Made by a program: the position numbers and the translations under genes
NCBI GenBank assembly: GCA_963713615.1
Contig: CAVQMM010000001.1
Location: 3,488,001 to 3,552,000, forward strand
Length of the DNA stretch: 64,000 bases
Source of the DNA: an uncultured Chlamydiae bacterium
GTDB lineage: Bacteria; Chlamydiota; Chlamydiia; Chlamydiales; JAJFMA01
Direction of reading: 5' to 3'
Part shown: piece by piece, positions 19,097 through 29,777 of the stretch
Layout: every line of letters begins with the position of its first letter
Position numbering within the stretch: the stretch's first letter is position 1
The notes under the pieces: generated by a model
The model's database searches: none
Seen by the model: only the letters and a program-made list of their open reading frames with translations
Told to the model about the DNA's origin: nothing

Positions 19097-19848
19097 GAGG
19101 TAATTGCAAAATTATTTGAGCCCTTGAGAATCGATTCTCGGGAAAAAAGGTTACCTTTTTTTGTGAGAAGGCGATTCTAGAGAGCTTAAGTGGTATGGCA
19201 CTATCCAGTCTGGAAAGACAGGCTTTTCTCCCTTCCCAGGCCCGAAGGGTCGATATTGCAACAGGCCATGGCATCGCCATGGTATATGCCAGGAAGGGAT
19301 TTCGCAGTCTGAAGGACTGCTACAAGACGCCAGTTTACAAACACCATTTATGCATGCGCTTTATGGCAGCCCTACAGGCTGCTAAAACCGTTTTGGCATA
19401 TACCATGGCGATGCCACATAGGCCTCAACCTAACAGGTCTTTTGAGCTTATATCTCAATGACTTAGGACTTCACAATCGTATCTCGGCGCGCAGCGCTTT
19501 GGAGTGCGGTCGCTTGCGACCGCTTTTCGTTCCTTGGGACGGCAATGCTAAACGGCATTGTATGGATTCGTCGAAGGCTGCATGTACTAACTATTTTACC
19601 CTTAGGGAATTATAGTAATGCCGTTGCACACGACCGTCGCAAGGAACCCAAAGCGGTCGCAAGCGACCGCACTCCAAAGCGCTGCGCGCCGAGATACGAT
19701 TGTTAGGCTTAGGTTGAGGCCTATGTGGCGATGCCATGGCCTGTTGCAATATCGACCCTTCGGGCCTGGGAAGGGAATGACTCTCTCTTCATCGGCATCC
19801 GATTTTCAGGAAATTGACTTCGGAGAATCGGACTTCTGCAATTACCTC
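19097..19848 (+). mobile_element. Composite MITE, 752 bp, inner element 19417-19725 in inverted orientation
   Basis: Outer TIR GAGGTAATTGCA(A/G)AA; inner 309-bp element with TSD TGGCGATGCCA. Confidence 0.92.
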
Positions 19849-19881
19849 TCAAGGTCCTCATGAGGTAATTGTCCTTTTGTC

Positions 19882-20041
19882 GGCCTTATTCACCTTTGCG
19901 GTCAGTTTTCGGTCGACTGCAAAAGGATCGTCTGTCGCGTTTTGCTCCTCGGACATAGCTGGCGCTATGCCCTCGTCACAAACCACGACATCCGACCTTT
20001 TTCGTCCGACCGAAATTCTGACCGTAAAGGTGAACAAGGCC
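19882..20041 (+). mobile_element. 160-bp MITE, copy 5
   Basis: TSD CTTTTGTC; part of the segmental duplication. Confidence 0.92.
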
Positions 20042-20339
20042 CTTTTGTCTGGAGTCTATGTATCTAGGAGGTGACTTTTTTTGGGGTGATGTGGTAAAAA
20101 TCTTTCTTCACATTGTTAAAGTAACATTAAAGGGGGTTGGTCGCTTATGGCCAATCGGACAACAATTTCTAAACGTATTCTAGAAGTCTCTGACGATCTT
20201 TTATATATCATTGGTTATGTTAGTCACATAGATCTGAAAAACAAGATTACGAACAAATAAAGTAGTTGTGTATGGCGAAGTCGAAAAAATCTCTTTCAAA
20301 CATCATTACAAGATCTAAGTCACCAAACTTGTTAATCCT

Positions 20340-20738
20340 ATGATGGGCGTTGCTGCCCTTGAAGATATTCTTAAAGGCGCTTCTTCTGAAGTAGCTTCCA
20401 AAATACGATTGTCACAGCATCTGATCGATTGGACCTCACGTTTACAGTATTTTCGAGACCGAGAAAATGATCGTAAACAGTTTATGGCAGATGTTGAGGC
20501 TGGAAAGCGCTCTCTTCAAATGCTCTCCTGTAACCTTCTCAGCTATCAACAAGAAGGCATGCTTCATCTGGCCTTTCAAGGACGTGCCATTTTAGCCGAT
20601 GAAATGGGGCTTGGAAAGACCATCCAGGCGATTGCTCTAAAGCACTACACATTCGCGAGCCGTTTGAGGATGAGCAAAATGCCGAAGTTCTACTGGCTCT
20701 TATCATGTCGTGGATGGAAGATCTTTCCACAACCCTAG
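20340..20738 (+). pseudogene. SNF2-family helicase fragment (duplicate)
   Basis: Same as 15155-15580. Confidence 0.85.
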
Positions 20739-21265
20739 CTGAGCTTCGACTGGGAGTAGTTATGATGGCGTAGTGTCAAAGGCAAATTTGTCAGGAATCA
20801 GTTAGTCAATTCAGGAGTCAGTTAGTCAATAACGTACGTTTTGACGTGGACTGAACCCCCCGCTCAAATGAGGCGCAGCGTCGTTTGTCTCTTTTTATCT
20901 AGAAGGCGCGGAGCAAGTCTGCTAAAGCAACGCCAGATCACATACGCATTAATCGGCCATTTCGTTCGGTTGATTTGCTATCCTATTCTGAAAAGGGCTC
21001 AAAAATTGTTTTATGGCATCTATAAATCCTTGATTGCGAACACGAAAGACTGCGTGCCCCGTCCTCTTAAAGCTGTATAACTTTGATCCTTGGTGTTTTT
21101 CTTGAACATGGTGGGTAAAATGCGATTGCAAAAATTTAAAAACACATCCTGCATCATCCTCACCTTCAATCATACACACAGTCAAAATCTAAAAATGTTT
21201 CTTGTCTCTAATACATAATGATAAATACTCTGGTAGCCAACATGGGTCATTTTATGAGATGGTTG

Positions 21266-21736
21266 TTATGTCTTAGAGGGATCGAAGACGCTTATGAATT
21301 TTCCGATGCCGTATTCTAGAATTTTTTCGTCGCAGGTAACGAGAACGGCATTTTCTTCATGTGCAGTTGCGATTAATAATCGATCGACGGGATCTCCATG
21401 GACGTTTCCAGGCAATCGAGTGCTTTGTATCGCAATGCGAGGGGTGATGGGACAAACCTGTAGCCCAGCCTCTTCCAGGGCTTGGTTAACCCAATCCAGG
21501 ACATCCATGTCGATTTCGATGCGTTTCTTCTCAACCAACATTCCAATTTCCCACACGGACATTGGCGAAACAAAGATTCCATGCGTTCCTAAGATTTTGT
21601 CAAAGGTTTGAGCAAATTTCTCCGTTAGCTTGGAGTTGCCTGTTAGCGCCCACAACCAAACATGAGTGTCTAATAATAGTTTATGTCGCTTTATGCTTTT
21701 AAGAACTGGCATTCCAAACTTCTTCGATTGAAGCAA
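21266..21736 (-). CDS. vapC: VapC PIN-domain toxin
   Basis: LLLDTHVWLW...VSPMSVWEI...HGDPVDRLLIATA...LVTCD. Confidence 0.93.
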   Translation of the reverse strand: MLQSKKFGMPVLKSIKRHKLLLDTHVWLWALTGNSKLTEKFAQTFDKILGTHGIFVSPMSVWEIGMLVEKKRIEIDMDVLDWVNQALEEAGLQVCPITPRIAIQSTRLPGNVHGDPVDRLLIATAHEENAVLVTCDEKILEYGIGKFISVFDPSKT

Positions 21737-21980
21737 TGATGTCGCCTTTAAAATGAACAGTGCCTTTTAGTTTGCCAAAAACTCGTTCGTCTTGCTTATC
21801 GATTGGGACAAGCTTGGCAATGGGAACATTTCTTTTGGTGATCACCACTTTGCGATGGGTTCTCTTTACGTCGTCCATGACTTTTAGGCATTCTGCTTTG
21901 AACTTTCCGGCTTTCATCTGGTAGTCCACTAACGCCTCCTTGGTTATGGTCATCTTACCATAGTCACGCTTGTTTTGCAA
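21699..21980 (-). CDS. Phd/YefM-family antitoxin
   Basis: AGKFKAECLKVMDDV...VVITKRNVPIAKLVP. Confidence 0.92.
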   Translation of the reverse strand: MQNKRDYGKMTITKEALVDYQMKAGKFKAECLKVMDDVKRTHRKVVITKRNVPIAKLVPIDKQDERVFGKLKGTVHFKGDIIASIEEVWNASS

Positions 21981-22305
21981 TAGTCAAGCTGGGGGCTCGT
22001 CCTGGGGTGTTGATTTGAGTTTTTTTGTCTCAATCACCGCCGAGCTTCTATGCGCTCGCGCTGCGCGCCGAGTGACGATTGTGACTCCAAAGCGTAGCAC
22101 ATCTATTCGATGGTTTGTGGCAGCAAAAAGCTCCCCCAATTCTTCCCAAGAACCATCTAACAGTCCTGTGATCGCAGGTTCTCGAGTTCAGCGACGAGCT
22201 TTCACCCCTATGAATTTTGACCTTTTCCATTCTGTTGACAATCTATGAGTTTTGATTCAAAGTTGAGTCATACACGGCTAGGTTCATGGACAGCCTGGAC
22301 CTGAT

Positions 22306-22737
22306 AAGGTAATTGCAAAATTACTTGAGCCCTTGAGAATCGATTCTCGAGAAAAAAGGTTACCTTTTTTTGTGAGAAGGCGATTCTAGAGAGCTTAAGT
22401 GGTATGGCACTATCCAGTCTGGAAAGACAGGCTTTTCTCCCTTTCCAGGCCCGAAGGGTCGATATTGCAACAGGCCATGGCATCGCCATGGTATATGCCA
22501 GGAAGGGATTTCGCAGTCTGAAGGACTGCTACAAAACGCCAGTTTACAAACACCATTTATGCACGCGCTTTATGGCAGCCCTACAGGCTGCTAAAACCGT
22601 TTTGGCATATACCATGGCGATGCCATGGCCTGTTGCAATATCGACCCTTCGGGCCTGGGAAGGGAATGACTCTCTCTTCACCGGCATCCGATTTTCAGGA
22701 AATTGACTTCGGAGAATCGGACTTCTGCAATTACCTC
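22306..22737 (+). mobile_element. Outer MITE, empty 432-bp form
   Basis: Single TGGCGATGCCA target with no inner element; 4-bp TSD TGAT. Confidence 0.92.
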
Positions 22738-22751
22738 TGATGGACATAAAT

Positions 22752-22835
22752 GAGGTAATTGCAGAAGTCCTCTGAACTTTTGTAGGTAAGCGTCAATGTC
22801 GATGGTGTGTAGTACGAGACTTCTGCAAGTACCTC
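22752..22835. mobile_element. 84-bp mini-element with the same TIR family
   Basis: GAGGTAATTGCAGAAGTC ... GACTTCTGCAAGTACCTC with an unrelated interior. Confidence 0.7.
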
Positions 22836-22902
22836 TAACTGCTGGACTTTATGGACAATTGTAAGAATATTTGTGTGATGATCTAAATTGGAGGAATGAG
22901 AT

Positions 22903-23577
22903 ATGTGGACGATTAACCTGGTGGGTTTTAGTGCGGGGCTGGCGATAGCTGGTGCACTCTTGTTGAGCCAGCCATTGCTGTCTGCTAATGATGCGCCAGC
23001 AAAAGTCAATGAGGTCTCGGTTCAGAATGGCTTTACAGCACATAACAAAGTAGAACAGCTTGGAGATCATAGCTGGAAGCTATCTTTTACCACCGGTGAT
23101 GTTTCAATTACGGCGATATTTCCTGCTGAACCAAAACTATATACGCAAGTAAAAGAAAAGATGATTCGCTACGTAGCGACGGTGCAGGCCGAAGTTCCTA
23201 AGGGATCACCCACGCCAGGCCAAACGGTGGGGACTTACCAGGTGATCTTTATGGGAGATCCTAGTCAGCTGAACCAGCCTGGTCTTGATAAACCTGAAGA
23301 ACTCGCTAAGGCTTTGGCGCCACAAAATTGGTCCAAAGGGGACACTAGCGTGATAGTGGATTGGGCAAAAGTAGACACCAGCGTTTCCGGTCAATACAGT
23401 ATTCTGGCCAAGAGCCGATTCCAGTCGGGAACAGTCAGCGAGGATGTTCTTTCCCGCGACATTGTTACAAAGACAGGCGCCTTTATCGTCTCGGCTGCTA
23501 TTGATGATGCTTCTAAACTTGCCAATTGCCCCACCTGCCAAGCGGAAACCTTCATTAACAACTTCCAAATAAAATAG
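22903..23577 (+). CDS. Secreted hypothetical protein
   Basis: GGAGG RBS, N-terminal signal peptide, C-terminal CPTC. Confidence 0.75.
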   Translation: MWTINLVGFSAGLAIAGALLLSQPLLSANDAPAKVNEVSVQNGFTAHNKVEQLGDHSWKLSFTTGDVSITAIFPAEPKLYTQVKEKMIRYVATVQAEVPKGSPTPGQTVGTYQVIFMGDPSQLNQPGLDKPEELAKALAPQNWSKGDTSVIVDWAKVDTSVSGQYSILAKSRFQSGTVSEDVLSRDIVTKTGAFIVSAAIDDASKLANCPTCQAETFINNFQIK

Positions 23578-23587
23578 GACTGACTCT

Positions 23588-24538
23588 TTGATTAAAAACG
23601 TCATTATTATTACTCCCTATAACCCTGATTGGCCCACAATGTTTGAGGCCGAAGCGCTAAAGATTCGGGAAGCTCTTGGTGATAATTGCCTAGCTGTTCA
23701 TCATGTTGGCTCTACTGCGGTACCAGGGCTTGCTGCCAAACCTAAGATCGACATCATTGCTGTTGTTAGCGATCCGATTAATGCCGTAGAGGCTCTAGAG
23801 AAAATCGGCATTCAATACCGAGGTGAGTATAATATTCCTATGCACTATGGTTTCAGCAAACGTGGAAGTATTGATGTTAACCTACATGTCTATGAGAACG
23901 GTCATCCAGAAATTGAACTGAATCTTCTTTTCAGAGATTACTTAAGAAAGCATCCAGATGTAAGAGATGAGTATGCAAATCTGAAAGAGAATCTTTTAAG
24001 GGATAGCGCTTCTTTCGAGAAAAGAAATTCGATGTTTACCGGCTATAACTTGGGAAAAGATGCTTTCATAAGCAAAGTCCTAAAAGCTGCAAACTTTAAT
24101 CGCATACGGATAATGAGATGCACCCATTATGCTGAGTGGGATATGGCTAAGAAATTAAGACAAAAATACTTCTTTGCGCCTCTGGGGATTAGCGATCCTT
24201 ATACTTGGACCTTTGACCATAAAGATCATGTTCATTTTATTCTTTATCAAGGCATTGAAATAATTGGATATGCTCATATTCAATTTTGGCCTGATCATAG
24301 AGCTGCTCTAAGGATTTTTGTCATTGATGAAGCTTGCCGACAGCATGGTTTTGGTTCGCAATTTCTGGAGTTTTGTGAACGATGGTTGAAAAAACAAGGT
24401 ATCGCGTCTTTGCACGATGAGGCAAGACCTGATGCCGTGGAATTTTATCGCAAAAACGGGTATGTGGAGATGCCTTTTGAAGACCCGACTGGTGAGCCGC
24501 CAAGCTCTCTAGATATCGCCATGGGGAAAAAATTATGA
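23588..24538 (+). CDS. GrpB-family nucleotidyltransferase fused to a GNAT acetyltransferase
   Basis: YNPDWP.MFE.E...HHVGSTAVPGLAAKPKIDI...LLFRDYLR; C-terminal RQHGFGSQ...AVEFYRKNGY. Confidence 0.92.
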   Translation: MIKNVIIITPYNPDWPTMFEAEALKIREALGDNCLAVHHVGSTAVPGLAAKPKIDIIAVVSDPINAVEALEKIGIQYRGEYNIPMHYGFSKRGSIDVNLHVYENGHPEIELNLLFRDYLRKHPDVRDEYANLKENLLRDSASFEKRNSMFTGYNLGKDAFISKVLKAANFNRIRIMRCTHYAEWDMAKKLRQKYFFAPLGISDPYTWTFDHKDHVHFILYQGIEIIGYAHIQFWPDHRAALRIFVIDEACRQHGFGSQFLEFCERWLKKQGIASLHDEARPDAVEFYRKNGYVEMPFEDPTGEPPSSLDIAMGKKL

Positions 24539-24642
24539 GGCTATAAATCATCCGGTGCTGGGAAGCGTCTTCACAGTGCCTGGGCATCAACGGCGCGAAT
24601 TATTGCTCTGTTTTAGATCAAAGGAATTATGATGACAAGTAT

Positions 24643-25536
24643 GTGGCTTTTTGGGAAAATTTCGCTTTTGTTTTACCTAGAAAAACTATCGTGAATGCAT
24701 ACCAGATTAAATATGGGCCTTGGGCTCTCATTACAGGTGCTGCTCGAGGCATTGGTAAAGCTTTTGCTAAACAGATTGCCCATCTTGGCATCAACGTTAT
24801 CCTAGTCGATATTCTTCAAGATGAGTTAGATCAAATAGCTCAGGAACTTGGTTCATTTGTACAAGTCAAGGCCATTCAAGTGGATTTGGGAGATCCTGTT
24901 CAGGTAAGCAGGCTGATAGATGCTTGTATTCCCTATGAAATTGGTCTTTTTTGTTGCAATCACGCGGCAACGCATCTATTTCCTGATGGAAGGTTGAGAT
25001 TATGGGCGGATACTGACTGGACGAGTCTTAGTGCAATGCTTGATGTCAATTTACATACTTCATTAAAATTGACCTATTTTTTTGCACAAAAAATGAGAAT
25101 TTTGAAACGAGGGGGCATTATCCTTGTTTCATCAGGTGCAGCACTGATGGGAAGTCCCTATCTGGCTCAATATTCCGCTATTAAAGCTTTTTTAACTAAT
25201 CTAGGTGAGACTTTGTGGTGGGAGCTAAAGCGCGACGGAATTGATGTCATTACAGTTTTGCCAGGAGCCACAAGGACACCGGGTGCTCTTCGTTTCATGA
25301 ATGAGTTGGGTCAGAAAAAAATTGCACTCATGTCACCAGAGGATGTTGCCCAAGCTGCATTGAATTCATTGGGCAAGAAATTAAGCGTAATTGTGGGCTG
25401 GAAAAATCGTTTTCAGGCCTTTTTAACGGGTTATCTCTTGCCGCGACATTGGAGTATCTCAGCTTTTGGTGCATTTTTTCCGCGATTTTTCAATGTCTTC
25501 TCCAAATCCCCGGAGGAGAGAAGCCAAGACTTGTGA
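24643..25536 (+). CDS. SDR-family oxidoreductase
   Basis: YGPWALITGAARGIGKAFA, YSAIK. Confidence 0.93.
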   Translation: MAFWENFAFVLPRKTIVNAYQIKYGPWALITGAARGIGKAFAKQIAHLGINVILVDILQDELDQIAQELGSFVQVKAIQVDLGDPVQVSRLIDACIPYEIGLFCCNHAATHLFPDGRLRLWADTDWTSLSAMLDVNLHTSLKLTYFFAQKMRILKRGGIILVSSGAALMGSPYLAQYSAIKAFLTNLGETLWWELKRDGIDVITVLPGATRTPGALRFMNELGQKKIALMSPEDVAQAALNSLGKKLSVIVGWKNRFQAFLTGYLLPRHWSISAFGAFFPRFFNVFSKSPEERSQDL

Positions 25537-25559
25537 AGCGATGCTAGAGTGGCCTTTCT

Positions 25560-25732
25560 CTGTGGCGCAGTCATTCCATGCATTCCATGACTGCGAGAAC
25601 GGTTGAAACAGTTTCTGTTTGCATCACATGGGACGTTTGTTTTGCACGTCTCCACAATTGCAACGGATTGGTCCGCAGTCATGGAATGACTGCGCCACAG
25701 GGGAGCTGTTCTAATACTTCTGCAATTACCTC
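25560..25732. repeat. REP-like inverted pair TGTGGCGCAGTCATTCCATGACTGCG followed by a lone outer-MITE TIR
   Basis: Arms at about 25560-25595 and 25673-25700; another copy at 32084-32110; TTCTGCAATTACCTC at 25718-25732. Confidence 0.7.
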
Positions 25733-25804
25733 CTTAGGTCCTTTTTACCCCAGCAAGAACGAGCGCTACAGCAATTTGTATGAGTTGAAATGGTGTGGTC
25801 GTCT

Positions 25805-26440
25805 TCAGAGTTTTTTGAGGGTCTTATTGACAGCGGCTAGTGATTCAACAGCGTCTTTAAAGGCGCTGACGGCATCTTTTAACCCTTTACGCGGGTCTGG
25901 GCTGCGGATCAGCTTTTGAAACTCTGTCAGTGTGCCGGTAATAAACTGATGTAGGTTCCATTTCTTGGTTAACGAACAAGCCAACTGCACAATTTCGATG
26001 TTGTCAAACGGCTTCTTTAAGATGAATAGACGATCGGTTTCTCCAAAGCGTTCTAAGAGATCCTGCCAGGTGTGTTTTGCATAGGCGGTGCAAATGACTA
26101 TTTGAATGTCGGGATCCAGCTTCCACATTTGTGCGATGGTTTCAACGCCATCAATACCAGGAGGCATTTGCACGTCGACGAAGGCCATAGCGTAGGGTTT
26201 TTGATTGATAAGGCTTTGCTGCACCAGTTTGATGCCTTCCTCGCCTTGATATGCGGAGTCTATTTTAAATGGGGGTAACTTGGCATGTGTATTTGCGTGT
26301 GTTTCAAAGAGTTCTGTGCTGAGGTCCTGGAGGTGTTTATCTGGTTGTGCATAGTTAGAGATCAGGATTTTACGGAAATCATCGTGTATGGAAATCATAT
26401 CATCGATGAGTAGTATGCGATAGTTGTCTCTATTATTCAT
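25805..26440 (-). CDS. Response regulator (receiver domain with short helical tail)
   Basis: RILLIDD...AFVDVQMPPGIDG...VICTAY...LKKPFD; ATGA overlap with the kinase. Confidence 0.93.
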   Translation of the reverse strand: MNNRDNYRILLIDDMISIHDDFRKILISNYAQPDKHLQDLSTELFETHANTHAKLPPFKIDSAYQGEEGIKLVQQSLINQKPYAMAFVDVQMPPGIDGVETIAQMWKLDPDIQIVICTAYAKHTWQDLLERFGETDRLFILKKPFDNIEIVQLACSLTKKWNLHQFITGTLTEFQKLIRSPDPRKGLKDAVSAFKDAVESLAAVNKTLKKL

Positions 26441-29241
26441 TGTATCCTACCTAAGAATTCATTGCTCTGTTGTCCTTTTAGGGGCAGTTCAAGGATGAAG
26501 GTAGCCCCTTTTCCAAGGCCCTGGCTAAAAGCTTTTAGCGAGCCACCCATTTCCTGGGCAGAGATGGCGCTGGAGTGTAGTCCAAAACCGTGGCCATCTT
26601 TTTTGGTTGTAAAGCCGTGAGAGAAAATCTTTGTAATATTTTTTGGGTCTATTCCTAAGCCACTGTCAATGACGCTAATTTGAACCTTTTCGTCTCCAAT
26701 AAGCTTTGATTGTAGCGTGAGCTGTTTATTCCCGGATTCACTAGACATCAAGGCTGCTTTAGCGTTTTTTATCAGGTTAATCAGGATCTGCAGCGCCTTT
26801 ACTTTATCGATTGCTAGGGAGATGTCTGCATCAAAGATCTGAGAGACGTGAATGCCTGAGCGTTCGAATTCCTCTTCATTGATCGCAAGGGCATCATTGA
26901 TGAGCTGAGAGATGGTGACCTGTTCGATGATGCCCTGTTGACCGCTCAAGGACTGCTGCATCTTAATGATGCTTTTTACGTGCTGTACTTTTTTGGTCAG
27001 AGAGCGGAGTTCCTTTGCAATTGCGGCCTGTTCCTTCTGCCATTGGGTGGTGACGAGCTGTAAATATTCCGGGATTTTTTTGCCTTTTGGGTCATTAGTG
27101 AGGAAAGTGGCGAGGTCATTTTCATGTGCGCTAATCATCTGGGATAACTTAGGCACATCACGCAAAGCGGATTGTTGGAAGGTTTGTTCTACAAGGGAGG
27201 CAGAGACGTTGATGCTCGTCAGGACATTCCCTACGTTATGTAGGACATTTGTGGCGACATCTGCCATACCCGCACGTCGCGCTGCAGCGACGAGTTCAGC
27301 ATTTAGCTGAATGCGAATGGCGACTTCATTCTGTAGTTCTTGGGTACGCTCTGAGACGCGTTCTTCTAGATGTTCGTTGGCTTTTTCCAGTTGTTGGCGC
27401 GCTATTTTGAGGTTTTCACGAGCATCATTAAGACCGGACATAGATCTTTCGACTTCATGTTGAAGCCTATTGAACGAATCTGCCATTTCTCCTAGTTCGT
27501 CATTGGAAAGGACGACTACAGGGCGAATTTCGGGAGCTGTATAGGGATGGTCTAAGTCGCCCTTAGCGAGTGCTTCAATGGCCTTTCTGAAGTCCATCAA
27601 AGTGACATTGGAAAGTTGTCGAGCGGATTTAGAGACTTCCCCTGCGGCATGAGCGATCATACCGGGCAATACTAGCCCGACAGTAAGTGTGAGCAGGGCG
27701 ACGACAACAAAGAGGTCTGACAGGAAGGCTATTTGGGCTGTATCGTGGTTAGGGACAGTGCTAAGGGCAATCAGGTAGCCGATGGTATCGAGGACCAGGA
27801 CGGCGATCATTGTACCGGTTAGTTTGACGTGCAAGGTGGGGGCGAGTCGTGGTAGACCTGCGCGTTTTCGGTCTTCGAACTTACGCCAAGCGAAGAGGGC
27901 AGCTCCCGCATAGGCAAAGCCTATTCCGATGGTCACGGTTTCTAGGCCGAACTGTTCAAATCCGAGAATGATGGCGATGGCCCATCCGCAGGCAGCAAAC
28001 AGTCCGAGACCTATTGTGCCTTTTGGGGCTCTATAGGGGCGTTGCATTTCTGGTTCATTGCGACGCAAGAGCCATACAGCAATATTTGGCATACAGATGC
28101 CGATGAGATAGGTTAAATTCGCTGCGGCGATGATCCAGATCGGTTCATCCAGCCAAAGAAATCCGATGGCCATTGCGGCAGTGAGGAGAGTTGCTGATAG
28201 GGGAGCATCTGACTTGCATCTTTTGCTAAGAAAGTGGGGTAGGAGGCCGTCATCAGCTAATTGTGAGAGGGTCCTTGAAGCACCTGCCAGGGGAGCCATA
28301 GTGCCATGGAACATATTGAACATGATGAAGCCTAGTGCGACGGCGGGCGCTAGCAGGCCGAAGAGAGGGGTGAAGGTGGCTCCAAGGACCTCAATCATGT
28401 CAAAGTGCGTTGTTGTGAGTCCTAGAACACCGAGCCATACGATAGGAAGAACAATGAAAAAGAGTCCTGCAACTAAGGCGCTGACATAGACGGTTTTTGG
28501 GAAGGTTTTATTTGGGTCAACCATCTCGCCAACATGGCAACAGCTTTGTTCAAAGGCTGGAGCAGCAAAGCCGACGAAATAGAGTCCCGCCATGGCGGCC
28601 GTCACTTTGCCGAATATTCCTTGAAAAGGTGCAATCAGCTCGTAGGTCGTGGCTTGGTGCCAATCCATCGAACCAGTCAATATGGGGACGATGCTGGACA
28701 CTATTGCTAGGGCTACGCAGACGATGAATGAGGGAATGGCGAGTCGGGCAACCCATTGAATGCCGCAGAGATTGACGATGGTGAATATGATGACAATCAG
28801 ACTAGCTAAGACATTTACAGGAATTGAGGTAAGGAAAAGGTGGTGAATCGCTGTGGCTGCTAGAATGGCAGTCAACCCGCAGGTGGGTACCCATCCCCAC
28901 CAGTAACAGACGCCTGTCAAGGTTCCCAAAATAGGGCTGTAAGGGCGAAAGGCCTCGGCGCAGGTAGCGGCGATTCCCCCGACGCGATTTGGATACATCA
29001 AGGTGAGTTCGATCCAACCCGGCATAGCGGCCCAACTTAATAGTAAGCCGAGCGCGAGCAGTGGTACCGCAGCACTACCAACACCTAAGATATCGCCCTG
29101 GCCTGCATACAAGGTAGTAATCAGGAATAAACTTTGATTACTGCCGCCTAATGCAACAGCAGCGGTTCCCACCCAGCCCAAGCGCCTGGGATGAGGTGTT
29201 TGTGGTGGGCTTGCTTGTTCAACCGGTGCTGGAAGCATCAT
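26437..29241 (-). CDS. APC-family amino-acid-permease domain fused to HAMP and histidine kinase
   Basis: About 450-aa multi-TM APC region (GGSNQSLF, GEMVDPNKTFP, RTLSQLADDGLLP, RPYRAP), two further TMs, HAMP (NDELGEMADSFN), H-box VLHNVGN, N-box INLIKNA, DSGLGI, FTTK, GHGFGL. Confidence 0.9.
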   Translation of the reverse strand: MMLPAPVEQASPPQTPHPRRLGWVGTAAVALGGSNQSLFLITTLYAGQGDILGVGSAAVPLLALGLLLSWAAMPGWIELTLMYPNRVGGIAATCAEAFRPYSPILGTLTGVCYWWGWVPTCGLTAILAATAIHHLFLTSIPVNVLASLIVIIFTIVNLCGIQWVARLAIPSFIVCVALAIVSSIVPILTGSMDWHQATTYELIAPFQGIFGKVTAAMAGLYFVGFAAPAFEQSCCHVGEMVDPNKTFPKTVYVSALVAGLFFIVLPIVWLGVLGLTTTHFDMIEVLGATFTPLFGLLAPAVALGFIMFNMFHGTMAPLAGASRTLSQLADDGLLPHFLSKRCKSDAPLSATLLTAAMAIGFLWLDEPIWIIAAANLTYLIGICMPNIAVWLLRRNEPEMQRPYRAPKGTIGLGLFAACGWAIAIILGFEQFGLETVTIGIGFAYAGAALFAWRKFEDRKRAGLPRLAPTLHVKLTGTMIAVLVLDTIGYLIALSTVPNHDTAQIAFLSDLFVVVALLTLTVGLVLPGMIAHAAGEVSKSARQLSNVTLMDFRKAIEALAKGDLDHPYTAPEIRPVVVLSNDELGEMADSFNRLQHEVERSMSGLNDARENLKIARQQLEKANEHLEERVSERTQELQNEVAIRIQLNAELVAAARRAGMADVATNVLHNVGNVLTSINVSASLVEQTFQQSALRDVPKLSQMISAHENDLATFLTNDPKGKKIPEYLQLVTTQWQKEQAAIAKELRSLTKKVQHVKSIIKMQQSLSGQQGIIEQVTISQLINDALAINEEEFERSGIHVSQIFDADISLAIDKVKALQILINLIKNAKAALMSSESGNKQLTLQSKLIGDEKVQISVIDSGLGIDPKNITKIFSHGFTTKKDGHGFGLHSSAISAQEMGGSLKAFSQGLGKGATFILELPLKGQQSNEFLGRIQ

Positions 29242-29407
29242 CGTTTCCTGCTGTTTGACTTACACTAAGGCACTGGACTTAATTTTTGTATTCTCTTTTT
29301 TTCTCTCCTTAGGCCAGAGCATCGCCCCATATTGTTAAGCTAAGAGAATTAGGAATTTTCACCGCCGAGACACCGAGATAGGAGAGAGAGGAAGAGGAAA
29401 GAATGGT

Positions 29408-29510
29408 CAGTTACTACCGATTCTGGACAAAATCCAGTCTAAGGGTTCCTGCAGGAATACCATTCTGTAGTGCCCTTAGACAGGACTTTGTCCAGAGTCG
29501 GTAGTAACTG
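29408..29510. mobile_element. 103-bp fold-back element with CAG...CTG ends
   Basis: CAGTTACTACCGATTCTGGACAAAATCCAGTCTAAGGG pairs with CCCTTAGACAGGACTTTGTCCAGAGTCGGTAGTAACTG. Confidence 0.75.
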
Positions 29511-29777
29511 AACAGATTCTAGGGTTTGGTGAGTGGCCCTATCCAGGAAAACTTTCCTACATATTCACTCGCAAGCCCATGGAATCTTCAAAAAAAGAGA
29601 TTGAATTTGCCTCGGATGATATCCAAGGCTTTATTCGTGAATTAGAAAGCCGTAACATAAGCAAGCTATGGATGGTTGGAGGCGCTGAACTGATTGACGC
29701 TTTTTACACTCAAGGAAGAATTGATGAGTTTATTGTGACGGTGTTTCCTAATGTTCTTAAGCACGGAATATCCTTAA
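29511..29777 (+). pseudogene. Internal fragment of a second DHFR-like gene
   Basis: QILGFGEWPYPGKLSYIFTRKPMES...LWMVGGAELIDAF, a paralog of 15620-16165, cut on both sides by MITEs. Confidence 0.85.

Larger units (their letters stand above)
19325..20783 (+). repeat. 1.46-kb direct repeat, copy B
   Basis: Matches 14140-15598 apart from the flipped inner element and a few SNPs, mostly near the right end. Confidence 0.9.

Noticed and set aside
19092..19863. Recurrent ORFs such as MALSSLERQAF... and MAMPWPVAISTLRAW...
   Set aside because: Translations of the composite MITE; frames are not conserved between copies while base pairing is.
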